The notes under the pieces: generated by a model
Told to the model about the DNA's origin: nothing
The model's database searches: none
The model's input: only the letters and a program-made list of their open reading frames with translations
In this document: piece after piece, positions 15,405-25,539 of the stretch
Numbering within the stretch: position 1 is the stretch's first letter
How the letters are laid out: the number at the start of each line of letters is the position of its first letter
Assembly (NCBI GenBank): GCA_015059435.1
Contig: SVAJ01000001.1
Location: forward strand, 479,132 to 543,131
Source of the DNA: Bacillota bacterium
GTDB lineage: Bacteria > Bacillota_I > Bacilli_A > RF39 > UBA660
Direction: 5' to 3'
Length of the DNA: 64,000 nt
Translations under genes and position numbers: made by a program

Positions 15405-17897
15405 TTATTTACCACAACATTGTTTATATTTTTTGCCACTGCCACATGGACATGGATCATTTCTACCTACTTTTTTTACTCTTTTAGGTTTCTTTTTTGC
15501 AGGTTCACTTTCTGTATCATTAGTTATTTTCTTTTTTGATACTTCTTTTCTTTCAATATTTTGTCTTATTTCTGCTTTTAGTAAGAATACTGATACATCT
15601 TGATCTATTTTTTGTAACATAGCATCAAACATATCGAATCCTTCCATTGTGTATGCTCTTAGTGGATCTTCTTGAGCATATCCTCTTAAGTGAATTCCTT
15701 CTCTTAAATGAGACATTGTATTGATATGTTCCATCCAGTAATTATCTATTACTTGTAGAGTAATTGCTTTTTCAAATTCATTTGTAACTTCTACTGGAAT
15801 TTCTTTTATTTTTTCTTCATATTCAGCTGTTACTAATTTGACTAATTTATCTATTACTTCTTCTGGAGATAACTGGGAAATCTGTTGTTTTTTAATATCA
15901 TTTCTAAGTAAGTTTTCATTAACAAATTCTACTATTTCATTAAAATCTCCATCTGTTAGATATCCTTCTGGAGCTAAATGGGAATTTACTACATCTTCTA
16001 GATGATGTCTAAATGTTGAGATAATCATTTCATGAATTGAATCATTATCTAAGATTTTGTTTCTCTTATCATACATTATTTCTCTTTGATTATTCATTAC
16101 ATCATCGTATTGTAGTAAACTTTTTCTTATATCAAAGTTATTTCCTTCAACTCTTTTTTGTGCAGTTCCAATTGATCTTGTGAATGTTTTTGATTGAATA
16201 GCTTGATCCCCTAGACCCATAGTCTTCATCATTTCACCAATTCTATCTGATCCGAATCTTACCATTAGATCATCTTTCATTGATACGAAGAATTGAGTAT
16301 ATCCAGGATCTCCTTGACGTCCAGAACGTCCACGTAATTGGTTATCAATACGACGTGATTCATGGCGTTCAGTACCAACTACACATAATCCACCTAAATC
16401 TCTTATTTCATCTGATAGTTTAATATCTGTACCACGTCCTGCCATATTAGTTGCGATAGTTACTGATTTTTTTGTACCTATTTTAGAGATTATTTCGGCT
16501 TCACGAGCATGATTTTTTGCATTTAATACTTCATGTGGAATATGAGCTTGTTTCAATAATCCACTTATAAGTTCACTTGTTTCAATAGCTATTGTACCAA
16601 TTAGTACTGGTTGACCTTTTTCGTAACATTCTTTAACAAATTCTATTATTGCTTTATATTTTGCTTCTTTTGTTGCATATACTAAATCTGGTGCATCAAT
16701 ACGAGCAATAGGTCTATTTGTAGGTATTTCTATAACATACATGTTATAAATGTTTCTAAACTCTTCTTCTTCTGTTTTAGCAGTACCTGTCATACCAGAT
16801 AATTTCTTATACATTCTAAATAAATTTTGGAATGTAATAGTAGCTAAAGTTTTAGTTTCTTCATTAATAGTAACTCCTTCTTTAGCTTCTAGAGCTTGAT
16901 GAAGTCCATCTGAGAAAGCTCTTCCTTTCATTAAACGTCCAGTAAATTGATCTACTATTACTACTTCATCATCTTGTACTACATAATCAACATCATTTTT
17001 CATTGAATAATTTGCACGTAGTGCTTGATTTATAAAGTGTACTAATGTTGCGTTATTTATATCATATAAGTTATCTATTTTAAAGAATCTTTCTGCTTTA
17101 TCACTACCATCTTCTGTTAGTGTAACGCTCTTGTTTTTTTCATCATATACATAGTCATCTTCATTTTTTAACCCTTTAACAAATCTATCGGCATCTAAAT
17201 ATAAATTTGCACTATGCATTTCTCCACCTGAAATAATTAATGGAGTTCTTGCTTCATCTATTAATACAGAGTCAACTTCATCGATAATAGCAAAGTTTAG
17301 AGGTCTTTGTACTCTATCTTCACTTCTTATAACCATGTTATCTCTTAAATAGTCAAATCCAATTTCATTATTTGTAGAATATAAAATATCACAATTATAT
17401 GCATCTTGTTTTTCTTTAGCAGTTAATTCTCTTCCATTTACTCCTACTGTTAGTCCTAAAAATCTATAGATTTCTCCCATCCACTGTGCATCACGATTAG
17501 CTAGATATTCATTAACTGTAATTACATGAACACCTTTTCCTGTTAATGCATTTAAATAACCTGGTAAAACACAAGTTAAAGTTTTTCCTTCACCTGTTTT
17601 CATTTCAGCTATATTACCATAATGAATAGCAAGACCACCAAGTATTTGAACATAGAAATGCTTTTCTCCAATTACACGAAAAGCAGCTTCTCTAGCAGTA
17701 GCAAATGCTTCTACTAGTATATCTTCTAATGTTTCTCCTTTTAATAATCTTTCTTTAAATTCATCAGTTTTATCCTGTAATTCTGTATCTGTTAATTTAG
17801 AGTATTCTTCATCTAAAGCCATTACTTCGTCTGCAATACGTCTAAATTTTTTTAACTCTTTATATTCATGATCTAATAATCTCTTTATTATATTCAT
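15405..17897 (-). CDS. secA: preprotein translocase ATPase SecA
   Basis: 830 aa. Walker A MKTGEGKT and a C-terminal zinc finger CPCGSGKKYKQCCGK. Confidence 0.95.
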   Translation of the reverse strand: MNIIKRLLDHEYKELKKFRRIADEVMALDEEYSKLTDTELQDKTDEFKERLLKGETLEDILVEAFATAREAAFRVIGEKHFYVQILGGLAIHYGNIAEMKTGEGKTLTCVLPGYLNALTGKGVHVITVNEYLANRDAQWMGEIYRFLGLTVGVNGRELTAKEKQDAYNCDILYSTNNEIGFDYLRDNMVIRSEDRVQRPLNFAIIDEVDSVLIDEARTPLIISGGEMHSANLYLDADRFVKGLKNEDDYVYDEKNKSVTLTEDGSDKAERFFKIDNLYDINNATLVHFINQALRANYSMKNDVDYVVQDDEVVIVDQFTGRLMKGRAFSDGLHQALEAKEGVTINEETKTLATITFQNLFRMYKKLSGMTGTAKTEEEEFRNIYNMYVIEIPTNRPIARIDAPDLVYATKEAKYKAIIEFVKECYEKGQPVLIGTIAIETSELISGLLKQAHIPHEVLNAKNHAREAEIISKIGTKKSVTIATNMAGRGTDIKLSDEIRDLGGLCVVGTERHESRRIDNQLRGRSGRQGDPGYTQFFVSMKDDLMVRFGSDRIGEMMKTMGLGDQAIQSKTFTRSIGTAQKRVEGNNFDIRKSLLQYDDVMNNQREIMYDKRNKILDNDSIHEMIISTFRHHLEDVVNSHLAPEGYLTDGDFNEIVEFVNENLLRNDIKKQQISQLSPEEVIDKLVKLVTAEYEEKIKEIPVEVTNEFEKAITLQVIDNYWMEHINTMSHLREGIHLRGYAQEDPLRAYTMEGFDMFDAMLQKIDQDVSVFLLKAEIRQNIERKEVSKKKITNDTESEPAKKKPKRVKKVGRNDPCPCGSGKKYKQCCGK

Positions 17898-17969
17898 CCT
17901 TTCATCTCCTTAACTTAATATTTTACCAAAAAAAAAGAAAGATTTAAAGATTTTTCTTTCTTTTTCTAC

Positions 17970-18500
17970 TTATTCAGATTCAATAATACCATAATGTCCG
18001 TCTTTTCTCTTATAAACAACAGCGGCTTTATTAGTATCACTATCCTTATACATGTAGAATTGGTGACCTAAAAGCTCCATTTGTATTATTGCTTCTTCTT
18101 CATCCATTGGTTTTACTTCAACCTTTTTTCTTTTTAGAATTTGTTTTTCTTCTTCATCTTCTTCTTTTTCAAATGAAGCAAAATTAAACTCTTCAGCAAC
18201 TTTTACATGCTTTGACATCAATTTTGTTTTGTTCTTTCTTATTTGTCTTTCTAGCTTATCAATAGTTTTATCTACTGCAGCATAGAAATCCTCCTGTACT
18301 TCTTCTGATCTCAAAATAAATGCTTTTAGTGGTATGGTAATTTCAACTGTCTGTTCATGGTTTTTTACTTTTACTATGACATTCGCGCGAACGTTTTCGC
18401 TATTTTCTAAGTACTTATCTAATTTAGTTAACTTATCTTCTATATATTCTTTCATAGCATCAGTTACTTTAACCTTATCTCCGTGAATGATAATTTCCAT
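17970..18500 (-). CDS. hpf: ribosome hibernation promoting factor (long form)
   Basis: 176 aa. N-terminal YfiA/HPF domain and a C-terminal dimerisation domain. The hpf-secA order matches Bacillus. Confidence 0.85.
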   Translation of the reverse strand: MEIIIHGDKVKVTDAMKEYIEDKLTKLDKYLENSENVRANVIVKVKNHEQTVEITIPLKAFILRSEEVQEDFYAAVDKTIDKLERQIRKNKTKLMSKHVKVAEEFNFASFEKEEDEEEKQILKRKKVEVKPMDEEEAIIQMELLGHQFYMYKDSDTNKAAVVYKRKDGHYGIIESE

Positions 18501-18552
18501 ACTATCACCTCCTTATACCTGTAGTATAGCACAAATTATAAAAAAAAACTAC

Positions 18553-18774
18553 TTATTTAATATTTGCAGTTTCTTTAACTAATTTTACATTTAAAGCTTG
18601 ATATCCTTTACTTGTTTCAATTAGTTGGAATTCTACTAATTGATTTTCTGATAAAGTCTTATATCCATCAAGTTCAATTGCTGAATAGTGTACAAATACG
18701 TCTTCGTTTTCTTTATATTCTATGAAGCCATACCCCTTTTCATTGTTGAACCATTTCACTTTGCCAACTGTCAT
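18553..18774 (-). CDS. cold-shock protein (CspA family)
   Basis: 73 aa. [14 protein letters not shown] and VFVHYSAI are RNP1/RNP2-like cold-shock domain motifs. Confidence 0.85.
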   Translation of the reverse strand: MTVGKVKWFNNEKGYGFIEYKENEDVFVHYSAIELDGYKTLSENQLVEFQLIETSKGYQALNVKLVKETANIK

Positions 18775-18903
18775 ATACTAATACACCTCACCTTCTACCA
18801 ATGCTTACTTTGGTAGATTAATCTTATCAAAAATATATGTCTAATTTTATAATTTCCGTAATATGTATTATGATTGGTATTTTTTGGTAAAATTATTTCT
18901 TTT

Positions 18904-18920
18904 TTCGACAAATTTCGACA
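18904..18920. promoter_or_regulatory. two tandem Spo0A-box-like heptamers TTCGACA (18904..18910 and 18914..18920) upstream of agrB
   Basis: They match the 0A-box consensus TGTCGAA on the opposite strand, about 90 to 100 nt upstream of the agrB ATG. Confidence 0.35.
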
Positions 18921-19007
18921 TTCAATCATAGATAAATTCATTTTATAGAAATTCCATTTTTTCCTTGTTTTTCAATGCTATATTGTTTTCGAAAACAAGG
19001 TGATTGT

Positions 19008-19601
19008 ATGAAAAAGAGGTTTATAAATAGTTGTATCTCTTTAATAACAAAATATGGCAATTACTCAAAACGGGATATACAAAAATTAGAATATGGTTTA
19101 GAAGGTATTTATCTTACTTTTACTAAAATGGTAGTTATATTTGCATTAGCTTTTATACTAGGAATATTTAAAGAAGTAATTATAGTTTTAATACTTTTTA
19201 ATGCTATTAGATATACCGGATTCGGATTTCATGCAGAAAAAAGTTATCAATGCTTAATTATTTCTATAGTAAACTTTATTCTTATACCTTGGATATTTTT
19301 AAATATTAAATTATCAAATATTATGAGCCTTTCTATAGCAATATTTTGTATTATCAACTACTTGATATTTGCACCAGCTGATACTATAAAAAGACCATTA
19401 CCAAATAGGAAAAAGAGAATTATTAGAAAAGTAATAACTGTTCTTATAGGAATTATATATACTTTCTTAATAATAATTCTTAATAATAAGTATTATACTT
19501 CATTAGTTATATCGAGCATGATAATATTAATGATTGTTATTAATCCATTAACTTACATGATATTTAAACAACCTTATAATAACTATAAAAAACTATCATA
19601 G
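19008..19601 (+). CDS. agrB: AgrB-family membrane peptidase, processing enzyme for the cyclic peptide autoinducer
   Basis: 197 aa from the second ATG, which has the RBS AAGGTGA. Multi-TM, with catalytic-spacing His and Cys in GFGFHAEKSYQC. The table ORF begins 33 nt earlier at a weaker start. Confidence 0.7.
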   Translation: MKKRFINSCISLITKYGNYSKRDIQKLEYGLEGIYLTFTKMVVIFALAFILGIFKEVIIVLILFNAIRYTGFGFHAEKSYQCLIISIVNFILIPWIFLNIKLSNIMSLSIAIFCIINYLIFAPADTIKRPLPNRKKRIIRKVITVLIGIIYTFLIIILNNKYYTSLVISSMIILMIVINPLTYMIFKQPYNNYKKLS

Positions 19602-19649
19602 GCATAAATACTTTTGTATTTAGCAAATATATGTAAAGGAGGTAAATGT

Positions 19650-19769
19650 ATGAAAAGATTCGCTGGATTACTTGCTGCTGTTGCTATGCTTGCTACTGGT
19701 GCTGCTTCTATGGGATGTATCTGGTATTTTATTGATGAACCAGAAGCAAACGGATTATTTAGAGACTAA
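19650..19769 (+). CDS. agrD: AgrD-like autoinducing peptide precursor, 39 aa, not in the ORF track
   Basis: RBS AAAGGAGGT is 6 nt upstream of the ATG. Product: MKRFAGLLAAVAMLATGAASMGCIWYFIDEPEANGLFRD. It has an amphipathic leader, a Cys-containing core CIWYF and an acidic tail IDEPEA, which is the AgrD architecture. Confidence 0.65.
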   Translation: MKRFAGLLAAVAMLATGAASMGCIWYFIDEPEANGLFRD

Positions 19770-19797
19770 AAAAACTAGGTATTATCCTAGTTTTTTT
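19768..19797. terminator. bidirectional terminator AAAAAAACTAGG-tattat-CCTAGTTTTTTT between agrD and the convergent kinase gene
   Basis: Perfect palindrome with an A-run and a T-run. It overlaps the last codons of the kinase ORF. Confidence 0.6.
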
Positions 19798-21077
19798 ATA
19801 CTTAATTTTTGAATATAATATGCATCTATCACTTCCTGTGATGCCTCTATCCAACTGTTTTTTGAAAGGAGTTTTTTTGCAAAATGTAGTCCATTTCCTC
19901 TGTCCTGGCCTTTTGTTGATACTCCTTTTTCATTTCTATTGTCAAATTTTTTATCTTTTTTGAAAGTATTTGATATAACTATATTTGCCTTATCTTTTAA
20001 GTCATATACTTCTACTAAAACATTTCTCTTTCTTGTTTCAGACGCTCCCTCTATTGCATTATCAAAATAGATTCCTACTAATTTACATAGTATATTCATC
20101 TGTTTCTCAGATAATTTATTGATGTTTGACTTTTTACTTATACTAACATCAAAAGTTAGTAACACCTGATTTTTTTGAGCTATTATAGTTTTGTAGTACA
20201 TAAGGCCCTTAAGTCCTCCCTTAGGAAGATCTTTTAGTTCTTGTATAACTTCTCCTTCTAAGTTTATATTATCCTCTAATATTTCATCAATTTTGCCTTT
20301 CACTTTTTTATCATTCGTTAAGCATCTAAGGACAGCTAATTGATTCTTATATTCATGTCTATTAAGTTGTTCTTTTTCAATCCATTCTTCAAAATTTTGG
20401 ATGTAACTAAATAGATTATCATATTCGTGACTTAATTTATTATAATTATTACTATTAATTAAAAAAATAACTGTTATAACAATTAGAAATATAGTTATCG
20501 AAACATTAGTTATATATTGCATATTCCAATTATAGTTTGCTGCTAGATTATATGCTAAATAACTTGTTTCTATTGTAAATAAAACTACAAATACTGTACT
20601 CAGTACTGATTTATTATTTATAATTCCATAATAGAAGTTTGATAACTGTTTTTTGATATAATTTCTGTTAATGATAAAGATTACGAATGCTGCAATTAAA
20701 ATATTTGCTAATAGATATAATAAATTATTTTCTTTTATCTCTATAGCACTAACAAAATTAACTAAAACTAATGATAAGATTAGTTCTGATAAAAATGTAA
20801 AGAACATTAGTATTCCTGTTGATATTACTGACTGTTCAAATCTTAATCTAAAAATTCCCTTATACCCAATAGCGTTAATGATAAATACTATAACTGTATA
20901 CATGGTAGTATAATGCGTTGTATTTATTATTACAGTAACTAATGACATGATGATTACTATTAAACTTGTTTTTGCACTTAAGACAGTTTTTTCTATGTTC
21001 AGCACTTTTTTTATAAAATATAGTCCTGTATATGTCATAATAATAGAGCATAAAAATTTAACAAATACCTCTAACAA
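19782..21077 (-). CDS. AgrC-like sensor histidine kinase (polytopic sensor plus GHKL ATPase)
   Basis: 431 aa. About 6 N-terminal TM helices and a C-terminal HATPase G-box GQDRGNGL. Confidence 0.7.
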   Translation of the reverse strand: MLEVFVKFLCSIIMTYTGLYFIKKVLNIEKTVLSAKTSLIVIIMSLVTVIINTTHYTTMYTVIVFIINAIGYKGIFRLRFEQSVISTGILMFFTFLSELILSLVLVNFVSAIEIKENNLLYLLANILIAAFVIFIINRNYIKKQLSNFYYGIINNKSVLSTVFVVLFTIETSYLAYNLAANYNWNMQYITNVSITIFLIVITVIFLINSNNYNKLSHEYDNLFSYIQNFEEWIEKEQLNRHEYKNQLAVLRCLTNDKKVKGKIDEILEDNINLEGEVIQELKDLPKGGLKGLMYYKTIIAQKNQVLLTFDVSISKKSNINKLSEKQMNILCKLVGIYFDNAIEGASETRKRNVLVEVYDLKDKANIVISNTFKKDKKFDNRNEKGVSTKGQDRGNGLHFAKKLLSKNSWIEASQEVIDAYYIQKLSIKKLG

Positions 21078-21801
21078 GATTAAACAACTCCTTCTTTTTA
21101 TTTCTTGATATTAATTCTGATTCTTCTTTATTCTTAAATCGTATAGTATTAGTTTTTCTATTATAGCTTTCTACCTGATTAATATTAACCGCTAGACTTC
21201 TATGACATTTGAAGAATCTATTATCTAATTTCTTTAATACTTGATTTAGACTTCCCTGTATGTAGAATTTTCCATGAGTTGTTTTGATTATACATATTTT
21301 ACTATCTTGTTCTTTCTCTATGGAAATAATTGTTTTAAACTCTATATTATATGCTGTTTTCTTATATACATATTTTAAACTTTTATATTTATTATCATAA
21401 TTTTTCATACATATCTGGAAAGCATCTTTTAGTTTCTTATCTGAGTTATCGACCTTGTTTATAAAGTCTACTAACATTAATCTTTTTCCTAGGGCTTCAT
21501 ATTTATACTCTGGAAAAGATGTAATTATTATAATCATCGATGACCAATCATCACATTCTTCTCTGATTAATCTTGCAGCATCTAAACCAGTTCCTGTATC
21601 TGTCACTATATCTAATAAATATATTTTAAATCCTAGATCTTTCTTTACTAGTTCTGTAAATTTCTTATCATACTTATCAAATGTATAACAATTATAATCA
21701 ATGTCATAGTTCATCATGAACTTTTCTATTTCTTTTTCATATTTCTTTAATAGTACTTCTTCATCCTCACATACTATAAAACTTATCACACTATCACCCA
21801 T
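21058..21801 (-). CDS. LytTR-family response regulator (AgrA-like)
   Basis: 247 aa. Receiver domain (phospho-acceptor LLDI) and a C-terminal LytTR domain (FFKCHRSLAVNINQV). Overlaps the kinase gene by 20 nt. Confidence 0.75.
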   Translation of the reverse strand: MGDSVISFIVCEDEEVLLKKYEKEIEKFMMNYDIDYNCYTFDKYDKKFTELVKKDLGFKIYLLDIVTDTGTGLDAARLIREECDDWSSMIIIITSFPEYKYEALGKRLMLVDFINKVDNSDKKLKDAFQICMKNYDNKYKSLKYVYKKTAYNIEFKTIISIEKEQDSKICIIKTTHGKFYIQGSLNQVLKKLDNRFFKCHRSLAVNINQVESYNRKTNTIRFKNKEESELISRNKKKELFNLVRGIC

Positions 21802-21863
21802 CCTACACCGATTATAATTTTACCATATTTTTCCAGTTTATCAAACAAAAAATAAAAGAACAA

Positions 21864-23003
21864 TTATTTTTTATTGTTCTTTTTCTTTGTATTAGTTTTT
21901 GCTTTCATTTTAGGCTTTATTTTCTTTATCTTTTCTTTGATTTTTTTTGTATGCTTTGGTGTCTTATCAGAAATAATAGTTGTATGTAAGACAAACCATA
22001 ATACTATTATAAATATTATTATATATAGTATTTGTCCAACTATAGGATCTTTCAAAGTATAGAAAATAGATGCTGCTGCAAAAAGAATATTTATTCCATA
22101 TATTATTAATACTGTAGTTCTTTGTGAAAAATTCATTCCTAGCAATTGATGATGTAAATGTTCACTATCTGCTTGAAATGGTGGCTGACCTTTCAAAAGT
22201 CTTCTTATTATTGCGAATAATGTATCTAGTATTGGTATTCCAAGTATTGTTAATGGAACAAAGAATGAGATAAGTGCAGCTCCTTTAAATTCTAGCAATG
22301 TAATTATAGCAATTATGAATCCCATAAACGTTACACAATCACCAGCAAATATTTTAGCTGGATAGAAATTATGTAATAGGAATCCTAAAGTAGAACCTAA
22401 CATAATAAGAGTTAGGATCATTACTAAGCTTCCAGCTCTACCTTGATAGAATCCTATTATTGCGACTGTTATGTAGAATATTGTACATATACCACCACTT
22501 AATCCATCTAGGCCATCTATTAAGTCTATTATATCCGTACAGGCTACTATAAACAATATAGTAAGTGGATATGCTAATATTCCAAAATCAAAAGTAAATC
22601 CAAAAGCTGTTATATCATTTAAAGTAATACCTCCATAAAAAGCTATTACTGAGGCTGCAGCTATATGTGTTAAAAATCTATATTTAGCTTTTACCGGTTT
22701 TATGTCATCGATTATACCCATTAGAATAACAATAAAACTACCAATTAGAATTGCATTCATTTTTATACTGTGTTCACCGAAGAGCATATATCCAAATAAG
22801 AATGATAAGAATATTCCTAGTGCTCCTAATTTAGGGGTTGTTTTTTTATGAATATGTCTATTTCCTTCTGCACTGCTTGGAACATCAACTGCTTCAATAT
22901 AATTAGCAACCACTTTCATTAATGGCATTATAATTGCTGAAAAGATAAATGTTATTAATACAATTTTACTTGCATCTAATATTTGTTCTTTCATAAAAGT
23001 CAC
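21864..23003 (-). CDS. GT4 MraY/WecA-family UDP-sugar:undecaprenyl-phosphate sugar-phosphotransferase (TagO-like) with Lys-rich C-terminal tail
   Basis: 379 aa, polytopic, with the DD motif GIIDDI. The tail reads KKIKEKIKKIKPKMKAKTNTKKKNNKK. Confidence 0.6.
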   Translation of the reverse strand: MTFMKEQILDASKIVLITFIFSAIIMPLMKVVANYIEAVDVPSSAEGNRHIHKKTTPKLGALGIFLSFLFGYMLFGEHSIKMNAILIGSFIVILMGIIDDIKPVKAKYRFLTHIAAASVIAFYGGITLNDITAFGFTFDFGILAYPLTILFIVACTDIIDLIDGLDGLSGGICTIFYITVAIIGFYQGRAGSLVMILTLIMLGSTLGFLLHNFYPAKIFAGDCVTFMGFIIAIITLLEFKGAALISFFVPLTILGIPILDTLFAIIRRLLKGQPPFQADSEHLHHQLLGMNFSQRTTVLIIYGINILFAAASIFYTLKDPIVGQILYIIIFIIVLWFVLHTTIISDKTPKHTKKIKEKIKKIKPKMKAKTNTKKKNNKK

Positions 23004-23054
23004 TTCCTATTAAAATTATAACAAATTTATATTTAATAGCAAAGAAAAAACCAA

Positions 23055-24062
23055 TTAATATTGGTCTTTTTCTAACATTTTAATATTTTCAAGTAATGTT
23101 CCAGTTCCTTCTACAACGCATGTTAATGGTGATTCAGCTATTAATACTGGTACTTTTAATTCTTTTTCAAATACTTCTGTTAATCCTTTTAACATAGATC
23201 CTCCACCAGTTAAAACAATTCCTTTATCTACAATATCACCTGATAATTCTGGTGGTGTTTGTTCTAAAACATTAGTTGCTGCTTTAATAATTTTATATAT
23301 ACTTTCATGTAAAGCTTCTTCTGTTTCTTCTTGTGTTATTTCTATAGTATCTGGAAGTCCAGTAATTAGATTTCTTCCTTTTACTTCTAATTTTTGTTTC
23401 TTATCTGGTTTATATATGTTAGCAAAGTTTACTTTTATATCTTCTGCTGTTAGTTCTCCAATTAGTAGTTTATACTTATCTTTTATATATTTTATTATAT
23501 CTTGATCAAAAACATTACCAGCTATTCTTACTGAAGTTGATTTTACAATATCATTCAAAGATAGAATTGCTATATCTGTTGTTCCTCCTCCAATATCTAT
23601 AACCATATTAGCAGTTGGTTTGGATATGTCCATACCAGCTCCTATAGCTGCTACTTTTGGTTCTTCTTCTATATATACACGTCTTGCTCCTGTACGTTCT
23701 GCTGCTTCTTTAATAGCATTTTTTTCTACTGGAGTAATATTAGTAGGACAACAAATTAATATTCTTGGTCTTGCAAATAATTTCTTAGCTTTAATCTTTT
23801 TAATAAATGAATTTAACATTATTTCTGTTATTTCAAAATCTGCAATAACTCCATCTTTCATAGGTTTTATTGCTTTTACTTTTCCTGGAGTTCTACCTAG
23901 CATTTCATTTGCTTCTTTCCCTACTGCTATTACACTTTTATTTTCTGTATCTATTGCGACTATACTAGGTTCATTTAATACTATTCCTTGTCCTTTTATG
24001 TAAATTAAAACATTGGCAGTTCCTAAATCTATTCCAATATCTTTTGCTAACATATGTGTCAC
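23055..24062 (-). CDS. mreB: rod-shape determining actin homolog MreB/Mbl
   Basis: 335 aa. GIDLGTANVLIY phosphate-1 motif. Confidence 0.9.
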   Translation of the reverse strand: MTHMLAKDIGIDLGTANVLIYIKGQGIVLNEPSIVAIDTENKSVIAVGKEANEMLGRTPGKVKAIKPMKDGVIADFEITEIMLNSFIKKIKAKKLFARPRILICCPTNITPVEKNAIKEAAERTGARRVYIEEEPKVAAIGAGMDISKPTANMVIDIGGGTTDIAILSLNDIVKSTSVRIAGNVFDQDIIKYIKDKYKLLIGELTAEDIKVNFANIYKPDKKQKLEVKGRNLITGLPDTIEITQEETEEALHESIYKIIKAATNVLEQTPPELSGDIVDKGIVLTGGGSMLKGLTEVFEKELKVPVLIAESPLTCVVEGTGTLLENIKMLEKDQY

Positions 24063-24155
24063 ATCCTTTTCTGTCCATTAATATTTTACCATAATTTTTT
24101 GATTTTATAATAATATATATTAAAAATTATTTTTTTTATGAAAAAAAGAGTATAT

Positions 24156-24821
24156 TCACTCTTTTGTTTCTTGTTTTTTTAGTTCCTTATTAAGATAAAG
24201 ATTAGGATTTACTACTTGTCCATTTGTATAAAATTCAAAGTGTAAATGATTACCTACTTCTTTATCTAATTCATTAGTTCCACTTTTACCAATCACTTGA
24301 CCTTGGTTTACTGTATCACCTTTTTTTACTAGTACTTCAGATAAACTTTGATAAATACTTATATAATCATTATCATGTTTAATTTCTATTATTTTACCTA
24401 GTAACTCATCTTCTTTTATATCAGTTACTGTTCCATTTAGTACAGAGACAACTTCGAATGTATTTTCTGACACATAATCAATTCCAGAGTTTTGCATATA
24501 AGTATCATCATGATATATTATTGAATTTTCTTGATCTTTTGCCTCTGCTTGATAATCATAATAATTCTTACCTATTTTTACAGATTGATCAGTATAGGGA
24601 TTAATAATTTTACTAGTTGTATTTATAACAGCTATATCATTACCTAAAATAGTCTTTGATACATATGTTATGTTTTCACTTAGATCATTTCCTTTTAAAT
24701 TATTAATTATACCTGTTATTGAAACTACTGATACTATGGCCATTACTAATAAACTTGGTAATACATATTTTCTTAATTTTCTTCTTCTCATTTTTTTCAC
24801 CTCATTATAAGTTTTAACCAA
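24156..24821 (-). CDS. membrane-anchored M23/LytM peptidase (SpoIIQ-like candidate)
   Basis: 221 aa. N-terminal TM and a LytM domain with HLHFEF. Its size and position next to an mreB paralog resemble clostridial spoIIQ. Confidence 0.55.
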   Translation of the reverse strand: MVKTYNEVKKMRRRKLRKYVLPSLLVMAIVSVVSITGIINNLKGNDLSENITYVSKTILGNDIAVINTTSKIINPYTDQSVKIGKNYYDYQAEAKDQENSIIYHDDTYMQNSGIDYVSENTFEVVSVLNGTVTDIKEDELLGKIIEIKHDNDYISIYQSLSEVLVKKGDTVNQGQVIGKSGTNELDKEVGNHLHFEFYTNGQVVNPNLYLNKELKKQETKE

Positions 24822-24842
24822 AAAAAAAGAATTATACTTTTT

Positions 24843-25040
24843 TTAGAAAATTTTTGATACAGTAAACAAATCTATTAAAAAGTTTGTTACTAAATATATC
24901 AAAGATATTCCAAGTAAAAAGTAAAAAATTCTTGCTTGTAGTATTTTATTTTTTTTAAAAATTTGATTTATATTTACAGAATCCATTGCCCATATGACTA
25001 GCATTGTTACTAGTATATATAATAATAATTTACCTAACAT
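24843..25040 (-). CDS. small two-TM membrane protein
   Basis: 65 aa hydrophobic ORF. Confidence 0.3.
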   Translation of the reverse strand: MLGKLLLYILVTMLVIWAMDSVNINQIFKKNKILQARIFYFLLGISLIYLVTNFLIDLFTVSKIF

Positions 25041-25483
25041 TATTTATTTTCCTCATAGCTATTTATTTTTTCTATTCTTCTTATATGTTTTTCTAGATTA
25101 GAAAATGGTGTTTCTATAAATGTTTTTACTATTTCTAAAGCTTCTTCTTTTGTTGTCTTCTCGCCAAACGCTACTATATTAGAATTATTATCTTCTCTTG
25201 TATATTTAGCTTCTTCTACATTTGATACTTTCGCACAACGAATTCCTTTTACTTTATTGCAAGCTATGCTTATTCCTATACCGGAACCACATATTGCTAC
25301 TCCAAAGTCTACATTTTTGCTGGCAACTTCTGTTCCTAATTTAAAAGCGTAATCTGGATAATCCACAGATTCTGTGGAATTAGTTCCATAATTAATTACT
25401 TCATAACCTAATTTTGTTAATTCTTCTTCTAAATATTTTTTTAATTCATATCCTCTATGATCATTTGCTATTCCTATTTTCAT
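25040..25483 (-). CDS. rpiB: ribose-5-phosphate isomerase B
   Basis: MKIGIANDHRGYELK...GVAICGSGIGISIA is the RpiB/LacAB signature. The start is taken at the MKIG methionine. Confidence 0.85.
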   Translation of the reverse strand: MKIGIANDHRGYELKKYLEEELTKLGYEVINYGTNSTESVDYPDYAFKLGTEVASKNVDFGVAICGSGIGISIACNKVKGIRCAKVSNVEEAKYTREDNNSNIVAFGEKTTKEEALEIVKTFIETPFSNLEKHIRRIEKINSYEENK

Positions 25484-25539
25484 ATTTATCTCCTTATAAA
25501 TATATAATACCACTTTTTTACAAAAATAAAAACTGCTTA

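Noticed and set aside
19646-19723. An alternative ATG 4 nt upstream of agrD opens a second frame encoding a 25-aa Cys-rich peptide, MYEKIRWITCCCCYACYWCCFYGMYLVFY.
   Set aside because: The SD-to-ATG spacing is only 2 nt. The Cys run is what you get when the GCT GCT Ala codons of the AgrD leader are read one frame off, as TGC TGC. The in-frame AgrD reading has the proper RBS spacing and the AgrD architecture.
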